NCBI GenBank assembly: GCA_964016885.1
Contig: OZ024742.1
Coordinates: forward strand, 74,462,001-74,526,000
DNA from: Eledone cirrhosa
Taxonomy: Eukaryota
Direction: 5' to 3'
Length of the DNA: 64,000 nucleotides
Shown one piece after another: positions 23,805 through 35,769 of this stretch. The notes beneath the pieces are model-generated. The model was not told where the DNA came from and did no database searches. It saw only the letters and a program-made list of their open reading frames with translations. Position 1 is the stretch's first letter. Every line of letters begins with the position of its first letter. A program made the translations under genes and the position numbers.

Positions 23805-26800
23805 TTTCTTTATTTGCCACAAGGGCGCACAAGAAAAGGGGACAATACAAAGACACATGCCGGGGATTTTACATACGGGGATTTTACAAACAAACAAATT
23901 TAACAATCGAAATCCCCAATAGAGGGGAGGCGTTACAAATGGGTTGTTTAATACCCCGTCGATAGAACAACCCTCAACTACAGGAGCGTGTTGTGCAAGT
24001 GCTCCTTTCTTCCTTTTGCTCTCATCTTCAACCTACAGGTTTATATACAGAGAAGGCTTAATCACTCGGGCCATTTTTGCTACATTCACCAACCTTTCAG
24101 TAAATTTACTGGGGTGCAGTGCCTCTGTCTCCACTCTGATTCTCCTTCTAAAGTGGTACCTAAAGAAGGGAATGAGTTATTGTCCGGAGAGAAAGGCATC
24201 TGTTCTCAGTCCTTTCAATCTCGTCGACCATATAATCTCTTTTAGCATAGCCACTATACAGAGGAAAACCGCCTCTCTTTCGTTTTTGAAAGAAGTTGGT
24301 GGTTTGATCCTTACTATGGACTCGGCAGTCAACTGGATTTGTCCCATACGTGACAGCAGTTGTTCTGCGTAGTTCCACAGGTCGCTTACGCCCGGGTAGT
24401 GTACAATTGCGTGCAAGACGGTTTAAATGTCCTGCTCAAATCTTGGACACGTCCTCTTTGAAGGATCCCTGCCGAGGCGTCCGTGCCTGTAGATCTTGTC
24501 TCGAACTGGTAGAGCTCCTCGGTAGCACTGCCAGGCCAGGGACGTCTGGAAGTTGTCCAGAGGTCCCTGGCAAAGTCCTACCGTACAGACTGGTGAGCTC
24601 GTCGTTTTCGACGCCCAGAGTTTCTCCGAGCACGTCGTCGCATTTGTAACGTACTAACCCTCTATGATTGCTGTGATCGCTTGAAAGAGGACTGTGAGCG
24701 CCTGAGCACATTCAATGTGCCAGGCGCCCATTTTCTTCGGTCTCCGCTTGACCCAGTACTGCAGCTCCGTCAGCGAAACAAGTTGTGGGAAGGTTTGTCT
24801 CACAAACAGGCCCATACCGGTTGTTCGGTGAGGAATACCTGGAGATGCCGTAGCCTCAGCGCGTGTTTGCGCCTCATCAGCCATGGCATTCCAAGCCCTC
24901 TGTTGGAAGGGTTCTGACACCAGACGGATCTCCTCACCAGCGGAGCCTGTTTCTTCCAAAGGAACTGGAACAGCATGCGTTCCATCTTGGTAAGGTATTC
25001 ACGGTGACAAGGCACGACGGTCAAGCGGTAGTAGATGACGGACGCTATGAAAGTGTTCGCCACCTCCGCTCGATCTTTCAAGGATAGTTTGCACTCTGCC
25101 CACATCTGGGTGAGTGAAAATGCCTTGGCCATGACCTCGTTCCAGTTTTTTTCCACATGGAGGTCGGGACCGAACCAGACCCCGAGCAATTTCACCGATC
25201 CTTCCGTCCAGCGTCCGACGACGCTGTCGGACGGCATCGGTTTGCCTCTCCACGTTCCGAGTTGCAAACCGACAGACTTGTCCGGGTTCAGTTTTGCTCC
25301 TGTGAGCCTCTCGTATTCCTGCAGTAATTTGCCGATCGCCCTGATTTCCGAGGGTTTAGACACCATAACTGTCACGTCGTCGGCATAAGCCGACGCCGCT
25401 TTCCGCAGTCCCGGTTCCAACGGGATGCCCTGCAGAAGCTCTAACTTCCGCAGTAGTGGCTCTAGAGTCAATACGTAAAGAATGGAGGAAAGAGGACATC
25501 CTTGTCGGATGAAACGTGTGATTGCGAACGGCTCCGATACGTAGCCGTTCACCTTGACCGTCGAGCAGATGTTGGTGTGCATTGCTTTGATCCAGCCTCT
25601 GAAGACGAGTCCGGAACCGGCCGCCTTGAGAACCACTTCCAAGTATTGATGGTCGACCCTATCGAACGCCTTAGACTGATCTAAATTGATCAGAGCCCCA
25701 CCGAAGCCGGGTTTACACCCTAACCCCTCTATGATGTATCGCATGAGATGGAGGTTGTCGTGTATGGACCTGGTTGGAATTGGACACGTTTGAGCTTTTC
25801 CCACCAGGTTCTCGACGACAAGCGCCAGCCTCGTTGCTAACACATTGGCCAGTGTTTAGGAGAGTTATGAGCCTACAGTTGCTTAGTTCGTCCCCCTTGT
25901 TCTCGTCTTTCCTGATCAGCGTTACTACGCCCCTGCATGCAGAACTGGGAATTCTCCCATTCTACTGCCATTTGCAGTAGACGGCTTCGAGTACGCCAGA
26001 GAATAAGTCCGGTATGCCTATGTAAAATTCATAGGGTAGACCATCTAGACCGGGTGATTTGCGTTTCCCGCAGCGGCCCGCAGTGGCTGTGATCGGTCTT
26101 TCGCAGAACTCGGCGTCCATGCTCGAGAGACGCGGTAGGCCGTAATGTATGAACCGAAGTCCATTGCCCGCTCTTCTCGAACAGTTGCGCAAAGTGCCGC
26201 TGAAAAGCCATGCACATCCGCTTGGAGTCAAGTAGCACGCGTCCGTTTTGGTCTTTCAAAGACCGAATCGTGGACTTGTTGCCACTTTTCGCCTCTGCCA
26301 CTCGGGCCGAGCTAACAGCTTTTGCTCCCTCGTTTCCTAGAGCACGTGATTTACTTCTGACCACGCAGCCTTCGTGTTTCGCAACGAAGAACTGGTCTAA
26401 GGCCGTTCTGTTGCTAGCACTCTAGCTGCGTTGCCACTCCTAAGCGCCTCCTCTACCTTGGCTACTAGTTATGTTTCTGTTTTGTTTTTCTCTAAGGCTA
26501 GTTCTTTTCTAAAAGTTATCGACTCTACTCTAATTGCTTTCTTCAGAGAGTACCACCATCTATTATTGACATCAACTGTTGCTTAACTAATCTACTAATC
26601 CGTCTACTGTAGGCTTTACGTGTCGGTAACGACATGTTCAGCTTCCAGTATCCGCGTCTTTGTCTATGTGTTCTATCATGGTTGACTATGCAGGTGACTA
26701 GATGTCCCGCTGCGGTTTGTCCACGTCCACTGTGGTGCAGTCGGGAAATCTAGTCGATACCTATCGGCCTGTTGGAATTGGCCGATTAAATTTGTAAGAC

Positions 26801-28347
26801 TGTTGTACCCCCCTCTACTAGGACATGCTCCTACATTGTCCCATTGTGCGTCTCGGATACCATTCCAGTCCCCAACTAAAAGCAAGGAGCGAGACGTTCA
26901 CAGAAAGACTCTAGACGCTTAAAGAAGTCTGGCCGCGATTGCCCAGTTGGGGCATAAATGGCTACCAGTCTGAAGGCTCAATCTCCAACACTGTTCGCGT
27001 CTTGAACTACCAGTCTACCCTCCTGGTCCAAGTGTACTTGCTGTATTTCTTGGTCTATGTTTTTTTCCGAAACATGACAGCCACCCCCCTCCACCTCCTG
27101 GCTGAGAGAGAGATGCGTAGATCTCAAAGTCATTGAAGATGGGGGATCCTGGACTCGGTGATGACTATCACATCTATACCGTGTGCCTAAGCTCGTTTAA
27201 AAGTTGGCGTTTCCAGGGCATCCCTAAGCCACGCACATTCACACTTCCAACTCGTAAATTAACCATGCTGGTGGAGAAGAGTTGGCGAAAAAGGACGAAA
27301 AGATGCACTTACCTTTTCGTTTCCTGGAGATCGGGTTGTTAAATCTCTATTTGGGTGCTGGTGGGGGTGTTGGGTGGGGTGGGGAAACATTTTAATAGGA
27401 TGCGGTTAATAGGTTTTTGACAGGGATTGACAACGTCCTGCGAAAATTGTTCTTTTAATTTGTGGTAGGTTTCCATCGAAACCCTTATCAGTTTTAGGTG
27501 TGGTTAAGAGTCTGACTTGACAAAAGTTTTCCCCTCAGTTTCTACTTTGGGGTCTTCGGAGATGACCTCCATTAGGTTTTTGTTGTTTGTGTTAATGTAT
27601 GTGTATTGTTGTTTGTTTTTTTGTTGTGTTGTTTTGGTTTGTTGTTCATTTTGTAGTTTTCTTTTTATGGTGGGCATTTGTGTTTGGGGTGGTGTTGGTG
27701 TTTGTTTTGCCGTTAGGTGGGGGGGGGGGATTGTGATGGTGTTTGTATTGTTGTTTGTGTTGGTGGTTGGTGTTTTTATGGCTTTGCGGTGTCTCTCTTT
27801 TTTTTTAATTTCCGAGGCTCTCCTTCATCTTCACTTGGGGATGGAGAAGTAGCCTCGTCTGACGATGAATCGTTATCAAGGGCGCGTGGGAGGGGTATGC
27901 TGTGTGGTGATAGTGTGTTTGTGTGTGTGATGTGGTAGTGTTGGATGGAGTGGGATGGGGTGGGACTGTGTTTTTCAGGGGAATTGTTTGCGTTTTTTCT
28001 ATTGTTTGTGGTTGAGCAGTTGTTTGTTTTTGTGTGTTTGCTTGTTTTGTGTGTTGTTGTTGTGGTTTTGGTGTTGGTGTTGGTAAAAGTACTTTTGGGG
28101 GTGGTCGTGGGGGTGGAGGTGTTTGTTCATAAGAGGGGACAGGAGGCCTTTAAATGCGATGTGCTTGCGCATTTAAAACAATGTGCCCCCCCCCCTCCTT
28201 CTGCCGAAATGTGTATATAGTTTGTATTGTCTACTGGCACTCTTTCTGGTATCTTGGAAATTCTGTCCGGTTTCATTTGGACCAAAATTTCCAAGCTTGT
28301 GCCGTTCCAGGTGTTTCTTGTTGATTTTTGAATCGACAGTATTGTCA
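23805..28347 (-). mobile_element. Second degenerate Tx1-clade LINE, 5'-truncated within ORF1
   Basis: CFKCASTSHLKASC knuckle; GDWN, KSPGLDG, DQSKAFD, AYADD; 3' end abuts (GATA)n. Confidence 0.9.
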
Positions 28348-28589
28348 TAACCGGCTTCGGTTTATTTTGCGCATGTTTCTGGAAGTTAAGCCATAATTAA
28401 CGTTTAAAGAATCTACATGATAAATATATGTATGGAACCGTAACTCCTGAGGGAGTCGTAGGGGCGCCATATTGACACATGGCGTTCCTTGGGCATTTTG
28501 TAAACCTGGCGGGGCCCATTTTCTCTCTAGGTCTAAATACAGCAGATTTCTTCCAGAAAGGAAATGAGAAAGAGGTATAGAAGAAGAAT

Positions 28590-28730
28590 CGACTCCAGTA
28601 CTAGACTGGTACTTAAATGGATAAAAAGCAAAGTTGACCTCGGAGGGATTTGAACTCAGAAAGTAGAGAGTCGGAACAAATACTGCAAAGCATTTTATTC
28701 GACGATCTAATGACTTTGACAATTCGCTGC
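28590..28730 (-). mobile_element. tRNA-derived SINE fragment
   Basis: ctggtactt...gcaaagttgacctcggagggatttgaactcag matches the SINE family. Confidence 0.75.
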
Positions 28731-28923
28731 ATATCGTAAATATATACTGACACGTATATATCATTTTTGCAGAAAACAAAACAAGAAAAATCATAGCCAT
28801 GCAAAATGACGTCATAATAAAAAAAACAAATGTGTGCTACATTTTAATATTTTAAAATTGTAATATCAACAACACATCCATCCATTTGGGTTTTGATTCA
28901 ATTTTTTTTTTCAAAAGAAACTT

Positions 28924-30819
28924 ATGGACCAATTTCTCGCGAATTTATTTTTATACATTCTTTGTTGTTCCTTTTGCGAAGTAATTATTGGAACTCAAAA
29001 CTTCAAGCCTTTAGCTGCTTGGGTATATAATATAAAAACCTCGCCCACCAACTGGACTAAAAGTAAACAAGATGTCTTGTATTTTAATCTTCAAACAAAT
29101 AGAAATGACGTAGTGTTAAAATTGAAAAAAAGCTCACGAACGTATCAATCGTTTGATACGTATATTTCCAATTACAACGGTTTTCAGAAAAACAGAAACG
29201 AAAATGATACTACTTGTGATTACCTATCTGGTATATACACGAACGAAAATGGTTATTTTGCAGTTCAATGTAAAAAGGAGCAAATACGCAATGAAACTTT
29301 CTATCAGTATCTTTTAACTGGAATGTTTTGTTTCCACGGTTTCTATTGCGCTCTCTATCCTGATATTTTTACACAAGATATCAGAGGCTTCCACGGTAAA
29401 TATGGACATTGGCATACAATATATTTTCTGCAAAGCATTCCATCACAGCATATGTGCTATGATATTTTGAAGAATAAGACAACCATTATAAATCCTCCAT
29501 ATAACTCACACCCTCGGAAAAAGCGAAGCTCTGAGGATTTAAATATTGAGTTAGCAGTTATATTGGATTATTCAATATATATACACTTCAAAGACGTAGC
29601 TCCAGGTAGGTGTCACTTAAAAACGGATAAATTAATTCATATATATTATGAAACATTGATTTCACAGCTGAATATTGTGTTCAATACTTTGTCTACTTCA
29701 AAATATACTTTTAATGTAATATGTAAATACTTGGTTATTACTAAAACGAAATCTTATTTCAATTTGAAATATGATAATGAAACAGTCAACGCAACTGACC
29801 AATGGATTCGTTTTAAACGTTGGCTGAAGCTTTCAGACTATACTAGTGATGTCGATCATATATTGTTTATAACATTACAAAATGTATCATTGAATCTATC
29901 ACATATAGATGGCTATGAGAAAGCTGGAATATGTTCAAAAGATTCTATCAGTATCGTTGTTGAAATGCTAACCCTAAGAACCGCTTTATTTGCAGTGCAA
30001 CTAATAGGACATAGACTTGGAATACCTTACGATTTAGATGACACAGATTGCCTTTCCAAATATAGATACGTTATGTCGCCAAAACTCAATTTTGTCATGC
30101 GTTCGGTTTATAACACAAATATGTTTTCATTTTCAAAATGTTCACGAAACGTCATATTAAAGATCTTCAACTTAGGCCGCAATAATAATAGATACGGTTG
30201 TTTGTGGCGAAAAAACTCTACACATACACATCATCTTAATACTCAATTGAAACCAGGTCAATGGATCAGTGCGAACCAGCAATGCTATTATAGGTTTGCA
30301 AAGGAATCGAATGCATACAAATGTGAAAGGGAGAATTTTCATGACTCCAAGAGTTTCTGTATGAATATGAATTGTTATAATAAAGGTAAGTGTGATAAAA
30401 TGATGCCACTCGAAGGTACAACATGTGGCAGAAGAAAGTGGTGCGTTAAAGGATTCTGTATGCCAAGCAATTCTCTCCCGGATATTCCCATGAGTTGTTG
30501 GCTAGGGGACAAATTTCTAGGAACATTTCCGAATTTAAATGCCACATGTCACGGTGCTACATTTGACAGAAATTTCTTATGTTACTATGAAGATTTCGCC
30601 ACTAAATGTTGCTGGACTTGTGCAGCATTAAGCAGGAAATCAAACGATTGCAATTATGGGGATAGAATTAGTGGGTGTCGTAGAAAACTCTGTAACTTTT
30701 ATAACAGTTTAATGAAAAGGAAATGCTGTGAAACCTGTACACCACACAACAGTTCCCCAGAATACCCGAAGACAATTTTATATATGTATATTTTACAATA
30801 CTTAATTTGGTTTATATGA
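28924..30819 (+). CDS. Intronless secreted ADAMTS/reprolysin (M12B)-like protein, 631 aa, probably catalytically inactive
   Basis: Signal-peptide-like N-terminus, prodomain, furin site RKKR, IELAVILD, degenerate zinc motif QLIGHRLGIPYD, Met-turn YVMSP, FSKCS, disintegrin-like PGQ..SANQQC...EGTTCG...WC..GFC, two PLAC-like C..CC.TC modules, hydrophobic tail. Confidence 0.85.
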   Translation: MDQFLANLFLYILCCSFCEVIIGTQNFKPLAAWVYNIKTSPTNWTKSKQDVLYFNLQTNRNDVVLKLKKSSRTYQSFDTYISNYNGFQKNRNENDTTCDYLSGIYTNENGYFAVQCKKEQIRNETFYQYLLTGMFCFHGFYCALYPDIFTQDIRGFHGKYGHWHTIYFLQSIPSQHMCYDILKNKTTIINPPYNSHPRKKRSSEDLNIELAVILDYSIYIHFKDVAPGRCHLKTDKLIHIYYETLISQLNIVFNTLSTSKYTFNVICKYLVITKTKSYFNLKYDNETVNATDQWIRFKRWLKLSDYTSDVDHILFITLQNVSLNLSHIDGYEKAGICSKDSISIVVEMLTLRTALFAVQLIGHRLGIPYDLDDTDCLSKYRYVMSPKLNFVMRSVYNTNMFSFSKCSRNVILKIFNLGRNNNRYGCLWRKNSTHTHHLNTQLKPGQWISANQQCYYRFAKESNAYKCERENFHDSKSFCMNMNCYNKGKCDKMMPLEGTTCGRRKWCVKGFCMPSNSLPDIPMSCWLGDKFLGTFPNLNATCHGATFDRNFLCYYEDFATKCCWTCAALSRKSNDCNYGDRISGCRRKLCNFYNSLMKRKCCETCTPHNSSPEYPKTILYMYILQYLIWFI

Positions 30820-31309
30820 TTTATTATCTATTATTTAAAAAAGAATTTATCTTAAATCGTTTCTTAGAAAATTATAATGGTCTGTATAAAAGAATGTTTA
30901 TTGTGTTTTGATTTCAATGTATAATCGCATACTCCCTATACATTATACAACTTATTTAGCCTGATTTGTTTAATTAAAAGATGTTTATTAAAAGATGACA
31001 CCAGCCTGATTTTTCCAAGTCCTAACAATTCATCGTGTCAATTCCTTAATTCATTAATTTTGACTTCTAAAACTGGAGATAAATATTACTAGCAACTTCT
31101 TTATTTTGAAATTTGAAATACTTTTATTCTGAATATTTAATTCTGTTATAAAACAGCTGAGATAATTTAACAATTTTATTGTAAACATTAAAAAATCGAT
31201 TTATTTACAGATTTTTTGTTGTAAAAAGTTACATTAAAATTTATATAAATTTTATTAAAATTAGAGATTTACACCTCTCACATTCAACCACCTCTCACCC
31301 CCAATTATA

Positions 31310-33720
31310 CTAAGATCATTTCTGGGAGGGTTGTATCTTCTTCCACTTATTCCTTCTAGGGAATCACATCAGAAACAACCGTTTCCAATGGAACCAGTCG
31401 GACCAGCTGAGCTCATGCCATCCATTCATCTTACTCTGGGTCTCCTGTCGGCTGGTTTTACAAGTAAAATCTGTCTAGCAATTCTTTCTTGAGACATTCT
31501 ACCATATGCCCATTGAATCGGAGCAGTGATCTCTCTCGGAAACGTAGTGGCTCTACCTGGAGAAACTCTGATTTCTGTGCTACGCACTCTATCGAGTAAC
31601 GTTACTCCAAAGACTCTTCAGAGTAAACCCATTTCGGCCGCTTGTATTCGCGATCGTATTTTTTCGGTCATTTCCTAAAAAACCATGACTATAGGTAAGG
31701 GTTTGTACCAATACTGAAATGAAGATAATCAGTTTAGCTTTTACATCTATCTCCCTTCTGATGACTGAATGCTGGAGCTGACGCATTACTTCACCAGCTC
31801 CTGAAATTCTTGCACTTCATTAAATCTCTTGATAGATACTTGAACTTCTCCACTGACATGTAGAGGCACTGCACAGGCTGCCATGCGAGGACAAACGAGT
31901 GTCTCAGTCATCACAGTACTGATTTTCATTCTAGCTATGCAGCACTCGACAGAAAACCTATCAAGTGCATGTCGGAGATCACCTTCTGACGACTTATATG
32001 CATTCGCCAGTCTTGATACCACTTCCAACCCGGTTGCGCATATCAATACAGTCTATGAAAATTATGAACAGGAGCAGTGGCAGTACGCATCGTTGGCGGA
32101 GTCCAGCACCCACTTTGAATGGCTTCAACTTAACACTCTTTATCTGGACACAAATAACAGGGCAGTCGTCTAGAGACATCAGGGCAACAAGAAGCCGTCT
32201 ATCGATCCCATACTCTCTCAGAACATTTCGTAACGTGTCATAGAACACGGTCATATGCCTTTCCTAGGTTTACGAAATAAGCATATACCTCTTAGTAATA
32301 CTCCCACGATTTCTCGAAGACCTGCCGTAGTGTGACTATTTGGTAGGCTAAACTGCGTCCAGGGTGAAAACCACACTGTTCATCAGCTAGCTTGAACTCG
32401 ACAATATCCTTACATCACTTTGCCAGACACTTAGCATAGACTTTATCGTGAAGGCTTAACAAGGAAATACCTCTCTTGTCTCCCTTTCGAAAATTTGAAT
32501 TATCTCCCCTGATTGCCATTGCTTAGGTGCCTTATCAGAGAGTGGGGTCTATTTATTACTAAATCGGCGGATGGTCTTGGATTCCAGTTTAACGCCAAAG
32601 TCCTCCCATGTCTTAACTTTGAACGCCTTTACTATCACTGTTGCGACTTTTCGCGCATGCTTGTAGTGCAAGTGCAAGAAAGAGGATTTATTTTCAAGTC
32701 AAACTTTGTAAGCCTCCTTCTTTGTTCGGATGGCATCTTTGGACTTTTGATTGAACAAAGGGGTCCTCCTGCCACCTGGCGCCACACCAAGCCACTTTCA
32801 TCAATAGCATTTAACAGCTGAAGCAGAAATTGCCGAGTTGGAGTTCTCTAAGTTTGAATGAAATAGTACCCGCATACCTTGTCCTGACCTCCTTATCCAC
32901 CAATGCTTCCCACCTTGGGCGAGCTGGACATGTCAGTTTTGTGGGGTTTTTTGCCTTTAGGTAGACTCAGATTGCAAATCAGTTGACAGCTCAGCCCATC
33001 TCTTAATCCAGCACAAAATCGAAGAGATCAGAGACAATAACATAATCAGTTATCGATCTCTGTTCTCGATTTCCCTTCTATCATGTATATTTATGGATAT
33101 CTCTGTGCTGGAAGAAGGTGTTCATAATAGAGATCCCATTACTAAACAAGGAGTCTTATAAGACCCATCCATTCTTGTTTAGATCGGGATCGCCCTTCCT
33201 TCCAATCACATTATTTTATGTCAGGTGTTCAGTGCCAACATGTGCATTCATGTCTCTCATTAGGATACGTGACTCATTCTTAACTACATCTAACGCTGCA
33301 GTGATCTCATCAAGGAAATATGGTGGATAAACTCGCATCATCCACCTTTCAGCCTAATCTTCAAGAGTCAAATCCACCTCCCCAATGGTATCCAGTCCAC
33401 AACACATTCTGGGGCTTGTGAGTATTTCCCCTCTCGCTGTGCAGTCATTTCTGTCACCACACCTGAATAGTGGAGTTTCTATCCTCCATCGAAATCTATA
33501 TTACTAGAGCTACGGAACTTTTGAGGAAACCCTAACTATATCTAGCCGGTAACATCTGACCTCCTCCATTAGTTCTGGTACCCTACTTGTAAGGGTTGTA
33601 GCGTTCCAGTTGCCAATTAGTGTTTGGTCCCTTCTGAATCTATTTTGGGTTGTCGGGATATGCAACCTTTATGCGTCTATCACACACCTTCCATGACAGG
33701 TCGCAGGATCATCGCCAGTT
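31310..33720 (-). mobile_element. Degenerate RTE-clade LINE (APE plus RT)
   Basis: Minus-strand NWNATTL..., FVNLGKAYD, GLRQRCVLPLLLFIIF, QTLTYSH, many stops. Confidence 0.8.
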
Positions 33721-33827
33721 TTTGCACCGTTGGCTGGAGACTGCAGTATAATTTTCGAACATTTCTCTATCTATTGCAGTATTTAGTGGTTTTATTTGCG
33801 TCAGTCCCCAATGTAGTACTTTTCTCA

Positions 33828-34080
33828 GACTCACGTGGCCTAGTAGTTAGGGTTTTGGACTTGCAATCACAATGTCGTGTGTCGGATACCAGGGTCGAGT
33901 TGTGTGTTGTGTTCTTGAGCAAAACACTTCATTTCACGTTGCTTCAGTATACTAAGCAGAAAATGAGTACCAACAGTAGCTGGGTATTTAACCTTGCGAT
34001 GGACTGGCGTTTTGTTCAGGGGGGGGGGGGGGGTCTTGTACTTTTACTCGCTAAACGCCAAGGAAACCGAGATATTGAGA
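33828..34080 (+). mobile_element. tRNA-derived SINE (second family)
   Basis: A-box-like tggcctagtagttagg, central ttcttgagcaaaacacttca, then ccttgcgatggactggcg. Confidence 0.65.
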
Positions 34081-34519
34081 CAGATTTTAGACTGTATTGA
34101 TGCTGATTATGAATATTATCAACAATATGGCCGTGAGAAAATACTTCAACGAAACATTTTATGTATTAAATACAAACGAAGTCTCACATTTGTAATATAG
34201 TTGAAATTGTGAAATTGTCTAAGTAATCAGTAAACAAAAATGCCTGGAGGGGTATTTAAATTCTAAAACCAAAAAGTAAAAAAGTGCTGGTTACCTAATG
34301 AGTCGGCATAATCAGCTATTTCTTTCTTCCAAATCTGTTCCTATGTCAGAAAGCAAAGCGAAATATGTGTACAGTATACAATTCGTGATAGATGAAAAGC
34401 TCGCGTATTTGACAATATAATATTTACTTAGTAACCGCAACATTTAAAAGGGACATAATTCCATTTCAGACTGGTTATAAATGAAGAGTTAATGCTAAGA
34501 GGGCCATCAGTTTATCGTT

Positions 34520-35769
34520 GGCCCTTCTGACAAGCACGAAGTTTTTAACATTTTGTTGGTATGGTTTTATTTGTTTTCGTTTTGGTGACTGTGGTGGTGA
34601 TGGTTTTGGTGGTGTCGTTTCGGGTATGTCTGTGTTTGTTGTAGGTGTGGTGTCTGCAATTTCAGGTATTTATTTGTTTATTTGTACTTGTGTTTTTTTA
34701 GGTTATTTGCGTTTCGGGGGTGGTGGTGGGGGTGGGGTCGAGGTTGCTGATGGTGCTGATGTTATTGGGGAAGTGTTTGCGTTAGTGGTGTCTGTATTTT
34801 TCGTTGTGTATGTTTTTGTGACTTGTTGGGGCTTTTTTTTTTGGTGAGTTTTCTGGGTTTTTTTCACTTTTGGGTTTTCCTTCATCTTCGCTGCTGGAAG
34901 ACAAAGGGTCTGTGGCTGTGAGTGTCTCTGTGTCTGTGTGTGCGTTTATTGTTTTGTCTATGTGTATAATTGGGGGAGTGGGAGAGCTTTCCTCGTTTTC
35001 CCCTTGAATTGGTTGTGGTGTTGGTGGTGATCCGGCTGTTTTTGATGTTGGTGTCCTGTCTTTGTTGGTGTTGTTTTTGGTGGTGGTGGTGGTGCAGCTT
35101 TCCGTGCTGACACTGGCGTTGGCAACAAAGGAGGTTTGCGACCCCCTGCATTTTTGCGCTGAGGGCAGAAGGCTTGCAGATGCGTTGCTTCCCCGCAGAC
35201 GAAACAGCGTGACCTTCTTCCGTCAGTGATTAGTTGGATTGTTGTCCCGTCCTGCAGGCGGGCAAAATCCGGGATGTTGTTCATGTCCTCCAGTTTCATT
35301 TGGAGAAGAATCTCTAAATCCATTCCGGACCAGTCCTCTCTCTCTGTCCTTTTGATATCGAGGAGGGTAGTGTCTGTCCACTTCTCGATTACGCATCTCA
35401 GCAGCCACCATATGTTCATTCCTGGTGGGATGCTGGGAATGCGGACCTTTACTGTCCCTTTACCCATTTAGGACGGATGCATGATAATGCGTTCCGTTCT
35501 GCAGAGGGTCACCGAGTGCTTAATAGCAGGGGCCTCGGTTTTGAACAGTACCGAGATGGTACCGAACTGTTTGCCTCTTGCTTTATACTCTATGTTACTT
35601 CCGATGTACTCGAAAGCAGCCTCTACCTCTGCTTGGTGGGCAAGTTCAACTGTTCGTGTCTGCACCGAAATGCATCGAAAGTACACCGCCCTCCTTTGCA
35701 TGGCCGCTATTGCCCCGTCCGGGATGGTCGGGTTTGCCCAGGACTTCTCCCGTTTAATTAGCCTCCACT
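34520..35769 (-). mobile_element. Tx1 ORF1 internal fragment (distinct subfamily)
   Basis: RGKQFGTISVLF, VKVRIPSIPP, GRRSRCFVCGEATHLQAFCPQ, homologous to ORF1 at 54635-56122. Confidence 0.85.

Noticed and set aside
28345-28815. 156-aa minus-strand ORF divergent from the ADAMTS-like gene
   Set aside because: Runs through a SINE, has a non-ATG start and no recognisable domain
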